Shown here: in pieces, positions 59,479 through 64,000 of the stretch
How the letters are laid out: the number at the start of each line of letters is the position of its first letter
Position numbering within the stretch: position 1 is the stretch's first letter
DNA from: Octopus sinensis
Lineage: Eukaryota
Direction: 5' to 3'
Length of the DNA: 64,000 nt
Assembly (NCBI RefSeq): GCF_006345805.1
Contig: NC_043005.1
Span: forward strand, 16,864,001 to 16,928,000
Notes under the pieces: model-generated
Databases searched by the model: none
The model's input: the letters and a program-made list of their open reading frames with translations, nothing else
Told to the model about the DNA's origin: nothing
Translations under genes and position numbers: made by a program

Positions 59479-59775
59479 CAGGGGTCAGGGAACTTTTTTT
59501 AACCAATTACCCCAAAATATATCTATCTACGCTGACGTTGCCCTCTTGATTTGAAAGGAAGAAAATCAGAGATTCTTTGAATTCAAAAGGTTTATTGAAT
59601 CCATATGAACCTATTGACACATCCTTAACATTGGACAGATGCAGTGTTGCCAGAAGGAAAATTTCTGTAGTAACAAGGAACATGTTTTTACTTATATCTA
59701 ATGAGTCCTTATTATCCCCAAGAATTTCATTTTTACCCCACTTGGGGTAATTTAACCCCATTTTGCTGACTAATG
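59479..59775. mobile_element. hAT-type MITE
   Basis: CAGGGGTCAGGGAAC left end, degenerate TTTGCTGACTAATG right end, perfect 8-bp TSD ACATAGAG (59471-59478 and 59776-59783). Confidence 0.75.
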
Positions 59776-60978
59776 ACATAGAGGTTCCTTCATTGGTTCA
59801 GAACTGAGTTATGTTCTGTCTGTGTGGAGAAATCCTAATTTTTGAGACTCAGTTTTAGTATTGTTATCTATAGTAAGATCAACCATGTGAGATGATCAAA
59901 GATTTATATTTGTAGCAAGTTTGAAAGTAGTTTTTTTGCTGTCTAGCTTCTAATCAGCATTGATGGAGCAGATCTAAGGCATTCTTGCTGCAATCATTCT
60001 GTCATTCCTTCAAATATTGCATATATAGGCACTGGCTCGGGAATGAAATTTGCTTAGGGGGTGCAAACCCAGGTCCAAAAATTTTTTACAAACAAGGTCT
60101 TGGTTCTTTTTATTATTTATTTTTGTTCTTTGTAAAGAAACCTAACTTCAAGCTATTGTTTACAGATCACTTTTTATTCACTGTTTCATAAGCCTAAGAA
60201 AAATAAATAGATTTTGCACCCCACAAAAATTCTACGGGGTGCACTTGCATTCCCTGTTCCCAAGCTCGTGTATCTAGGACTGCATTAATTAATGTGTCCC
60301 ACATCATTTGATACAATATTGTGTAAACTGAGAGAAGACTTACTGTTATTTCCAGCTGGTCTGTGACCACATTGCAGCTCCCCCTCATTGACTCTGGAAG
60401 ATTGTATTAATGTTATACATATAGAAAGGATCTACTTTAGAAAGTGGTTGGCATTGGGAAGGGCATCTAGCTGTAAAAACCATGCTGAAACAGGCCAGTG
60501 GAGCTTGGCGTAGTCCTCTGGCTTGCCAGCTCCTGTCAACAATCCAGCCCATGCCAGCATGGAAGATGGATGTTAAATGATAATGATGAAGTACAAAACT
60601 GGTTTCTGGTATTTAGGGATCATTGTTTTCTTTTTAGGTGTGAGAGTATGTGTGTATTGGTGACAAAATTGGCAGAGGTAAAAAGAATGACCTGAAGTAT
60701 TTATTGTAGTCATATGCATTCTGGGTTCAAATTACACTGAGATCAGCTTTGCATTTTCTTTTTCTGGAATCAATAATACTGAAGTTCTTTCTTGGAATTG
60801 GCTACAATGTCCCATGAGAATGATTGTGGAGGGCCATTCAGTGTGTCCCTTTTTCCAGAAATGGAAAAGGGACGAATAAGGTGTTCTTCAAGTAGGAAAA
60901 TTGTTATTGAAACCAAGGAATCAACTTATATGTTGCACAGAACAGAAAGACATCATATAAATAAATATTAAATTAGCA

Positions 60979-61368
60979 GGGGGGAGGCGCAGTGGCCCAG
61001 TGGTTAGGGCAGCGGACTCGCGGTCGTAGGATTGCGGTTTCGATTCCCAGACCGGGCGTTGTGAGTGTTTATTGAGCGAAAACACCTAAAGCTCCACGAG
61101 GCTCCGGCAGGGGATTTTGGTGATCCCTGCTGTACTCTTTCACCACAACTCTCTCTCACTCTTACTTCCTGTTTCTGTTGTACCTGTATTTCAAAGGGCC
61201 GACCTTGTCACTCTCTGTGTCACGCTGAATATCCCTGAGAACTACGTTAAGGGTACACGTGTCTGTGGAGTGCTCAGCCACTTACACGTTAATTTCATGA
61301 GCAGGCTGTTCCGTTGATTCGGATCAACCGGAACCCTCGTCGTCGTAACCGACGGAGTGCGAAAGAAG
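60979..61368 (+). mobile_element. tRNA-derived SINE, family D, 12-bp TSD
   Basis: GGAGGCGCAGTGGCCCAGTGGTTAGGGCAGCGGACTCGCGGTCG...; TSD ATTAAATTAGCA at 60967-60978 and 61369-61380. Confidence 0.9.
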
Positions 61369-62435
61369 ATTAAATTAGCAATAAGGATGGTAGACAGACA
61401 TTCAGTAGAATGTGCCAGTTTATACGGAGTGAAGGCCTCTCTATAGATCATGAGTACATTTTCATCTTGTGCCATGGCCTCCCTCTTACTGTCATCCCCC
61501 CACTCCCATCTCAGTCCAATTTGCCAAATTCTCTAAAAACATTTTTGATTCCGTTAATATCAGCTCATATCATCTTTTATCTGATTTCTTTCCATTTCTT
61601 CTTATTTGAATTTTTTTTTCTAACATTACCTGTTCATTAATCTCAATGCGTGTCATTGTCCTACTTGAGTTGTTTCCCCTTTGCTCATTTTAGTCTTGTT
61701 AATTATGCAAGATAGCTGACCAAAACCTTTAGTAATAACAACTGAAGCTGGCTTCAGTAGACTACATAATACTGATAAGGTCTAATAAGGTTGAAATGCT
61801 TCTTGCTGGCACTTTGCCTCCAAACCAAGAGCAAATGCTCCTCGAAGCATGTAAATTAATTTTAAAATTTCTGTGGATTATCTCCCCAATAATTAATTAT
61901 AATAGTCATAATTATTTTTTTCTCTTCTCAAGAGAAATTTCAATTGAAATGTTTTTGCAAACATCATTCAGTACATCATCTTTGTGAATGATTTACAGAT
62001 GATATTTCTGTTTGATTGATGTTGAAGAAATAATATATGAAAAAAAAAAAAAGTGTGAGAGAGGCAGGTGTGTAGTAGGAGTAAAAATAGATGTACGTAT
62101 AGATTGTGCATATGCAATGTATAGATTGTGCATATGCAATGTATATAGATGGATGTGAAATGATGTATCTGTGTAGCCGTGTATGTATGTTTGTCTGTGT
62201 GTGCATTTGTGTGTTTCCACTTAGTATAAAAGCCATATAAGTTACACAGGACTCTCGTTACGAAATCTAAGCAACATTTCAATCCACTTTGCCAAATTCT
62301 ATAAAAAACATTCTTGATTCAGTTAATAATGTCAGCTCATATCATCTTTTTATCTTTATCCTTCCATTTCTTCCTCACTGAAATTTTTCTTCATAAACAA
62401 GTATTTCCTTATTTTCTTTCTTAGACATTCTCTCT

Positions 62436-62478
<43 letters not shown>

Positions 62479-62659
62479 CCCTCCCTCCCCCCTCCCCCTC
62501 TCTCTCATTACACTTTGTCTCCCCTTCAGATTTTTATCAAAATGTAATTTGATGGTATATCTTACGGTAATATTTGGCATCTTGGTTCATATTGTTGCGG
62601 GTGATGGTTTTGATGAAGTGTTTTGTGTCAATGGTGATAGGATGCTCTTGCTTTTGTTC

Positions 62660-63225
62660 TTGAACCCCAGGTTAGCCCTGGTCAAGTAGACCTATGATCA
62701 AGGGCATTTCAGTCATGAATAGTCCTTGACATAGCCGGTGGCACGTAAAAAGCACCATCCGTTCGTGGCCGTTGCCAGCCTCGCCTGGCCCCCGTGCCGG
62801 TGGCATGTAAAAAGCACCATCCATTCGTGGCCGATGCCAGCCTTGCCTGGCCCCCATGCCGGTGGCACATAAAAAGCACCATCCAATCGTGGCCGTTTGC
62901 CAGACTCGTCTGGCACCTGTGCCGGTGGCACGTAAAAAGCACTCACTACACTCATGGAGTGGTTGGCATCCAGCCGTAGAAACATTGCCAGATCAAACTG
63001 GGCCTGGTGCAGCCTTCTGGCTTCCCGGACCCCAGTTGAACTCCAACCCATGCTAGCATGGAAAGCGGACGCTAAGCGATGATGATGATGATGATGATGA
63101 TGATGATAGCATACCAAGGGCTACATTATTTGATGTGTCCTTTCTTTATCAAGACATTAAGGTGGTTGTGATTTGAGGGATGTTTGGCTTGTTATTTCCA
63201 GCAGGTTGGGTGACAACATACAAGT
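62660..63225 (+). repeat. Old dispersed repeat, family E (split here by the family C insert)
   Basis: CCCCAGGTTAGCCCTGGTCAAGTAGACCTATGATCAAGGGCATT ... TGTGATTTGAGGGA...TATTTCCAGCAGGTTG. Diverged matches near 1-150 (minus), 8645, 15210, 30900, 38560 and 59255. Confidence 0.6.
62733..63107 (+). mobile_element. Family C retroposon with four tandem internal units
   Basis: GCCGGTGGCAYRTAAAAAGCAC units of about 62 bp, four times, then the shared 3' end and (GAT)n. Confidence 0.88.
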
Positions 63226-63534
63226 TAATTTCGATATATGTGTGCAACACCTAATAGTGGTATATTCTGTATGTTGTGTATATATGTAAACTCTGATGTA
63301 ATGTACCCTGGTGGTGGGTGCTGAAAAGATCCTGGCTTTGAGTAAAAGAAAATGCAGGAGGATCAATTAATTATGATTTTGTTAAACATATTCCCTTCTT
63401 GGATTCACACACTTACTGCAGCAGTCCTTCAGTTTTCCTAAGCCCTGTAAAAGACCTCAGAAGGCCTTTCACGATACCCTTAAAATCAGGAACTTTTCAG
63501 CACCCACTTCTATGTAAGATTTACGAAGTGTCAA

Positions 63535-63537
<3 letters not shown>

Positions 63538-63621
<84 letters not shown>

Positions 63622-63960
63622 GATATATATAGATAGATATATATAGATAGATATATATAGATAGATATATATAGATAGATATATATAGATAGATATATAT
63701 AGATAGATATATATAGATAGATATAGATAGATAGATATAGATAGATAGATATATATAGATAGATATATATAGATAGATATATATAGATAGATATATATAG
63801 ATAGATAGATATAGATAGATAGATATAGATAGATAGATATAGATAGATAGATATAGATAGATAGATATAGATAGATAGATATAGATAGATAGATATAGAT
63901 AGATAGATATAGATAGATATATATAGATATAGATATATATATATATAGAGAGAGAGAGAC
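63538..63960. repeat. Compound microsatellite (GT)n + (ATAG/ATATATAG)n + (AG)n
   Basis: Direct reading. Confidence 0.97.
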
Positions 63961-64000
63961 CAAAGTGTATGTATGCCGCTATATTTTATATATAAAAAAA

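Noticed and set aside
36435-63117. Recurrent similar short ORFs such as MDGSTGV.EARRLHQAQ.DLA.FL.LDALPNANHS
   Set aside because: Antisense translations of family C repeat copies, not a gene family.

Overview
AT-rich, repeat-dense animal genomic DNA. The SINE repertoire and microsatellite load suggest an octopod cephalopod (inference). The only host gene I can support is afadin/canoe (AFDN): four + strand coding exons (32592-32704, 42259-42538, 48582-48739, 54704-54818) splice in frame and encode the end of the first Ras-association domain, the basic linker and most of the second RA domain. The N-terminal and downstream exons were not found, so the whole window is probably afadin intron plus these exons. 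The rest is three tRNA-headed SINE families, an RTE-tailed family, RTE and CR1 LINE 3' ends, a mariner remnant, TTAA- and hAT-type MITEs, three minisatellites and many microsatellites. Most long ORFs in the track are repeat artefacts. The most notable signal is a set of short non-coding elements inserted in (TA)n tracts, often inside SINEs. Most have the layout inverted arm + arm + unique tail, and several carry minimal type I hammerhead ribozyme motifs at or near the fold-back apex, resembling non-autonomous Penelope-like pseudo-LTR units. Repeat boundaries were read by eye and are approximate; family labels A-E are my own.
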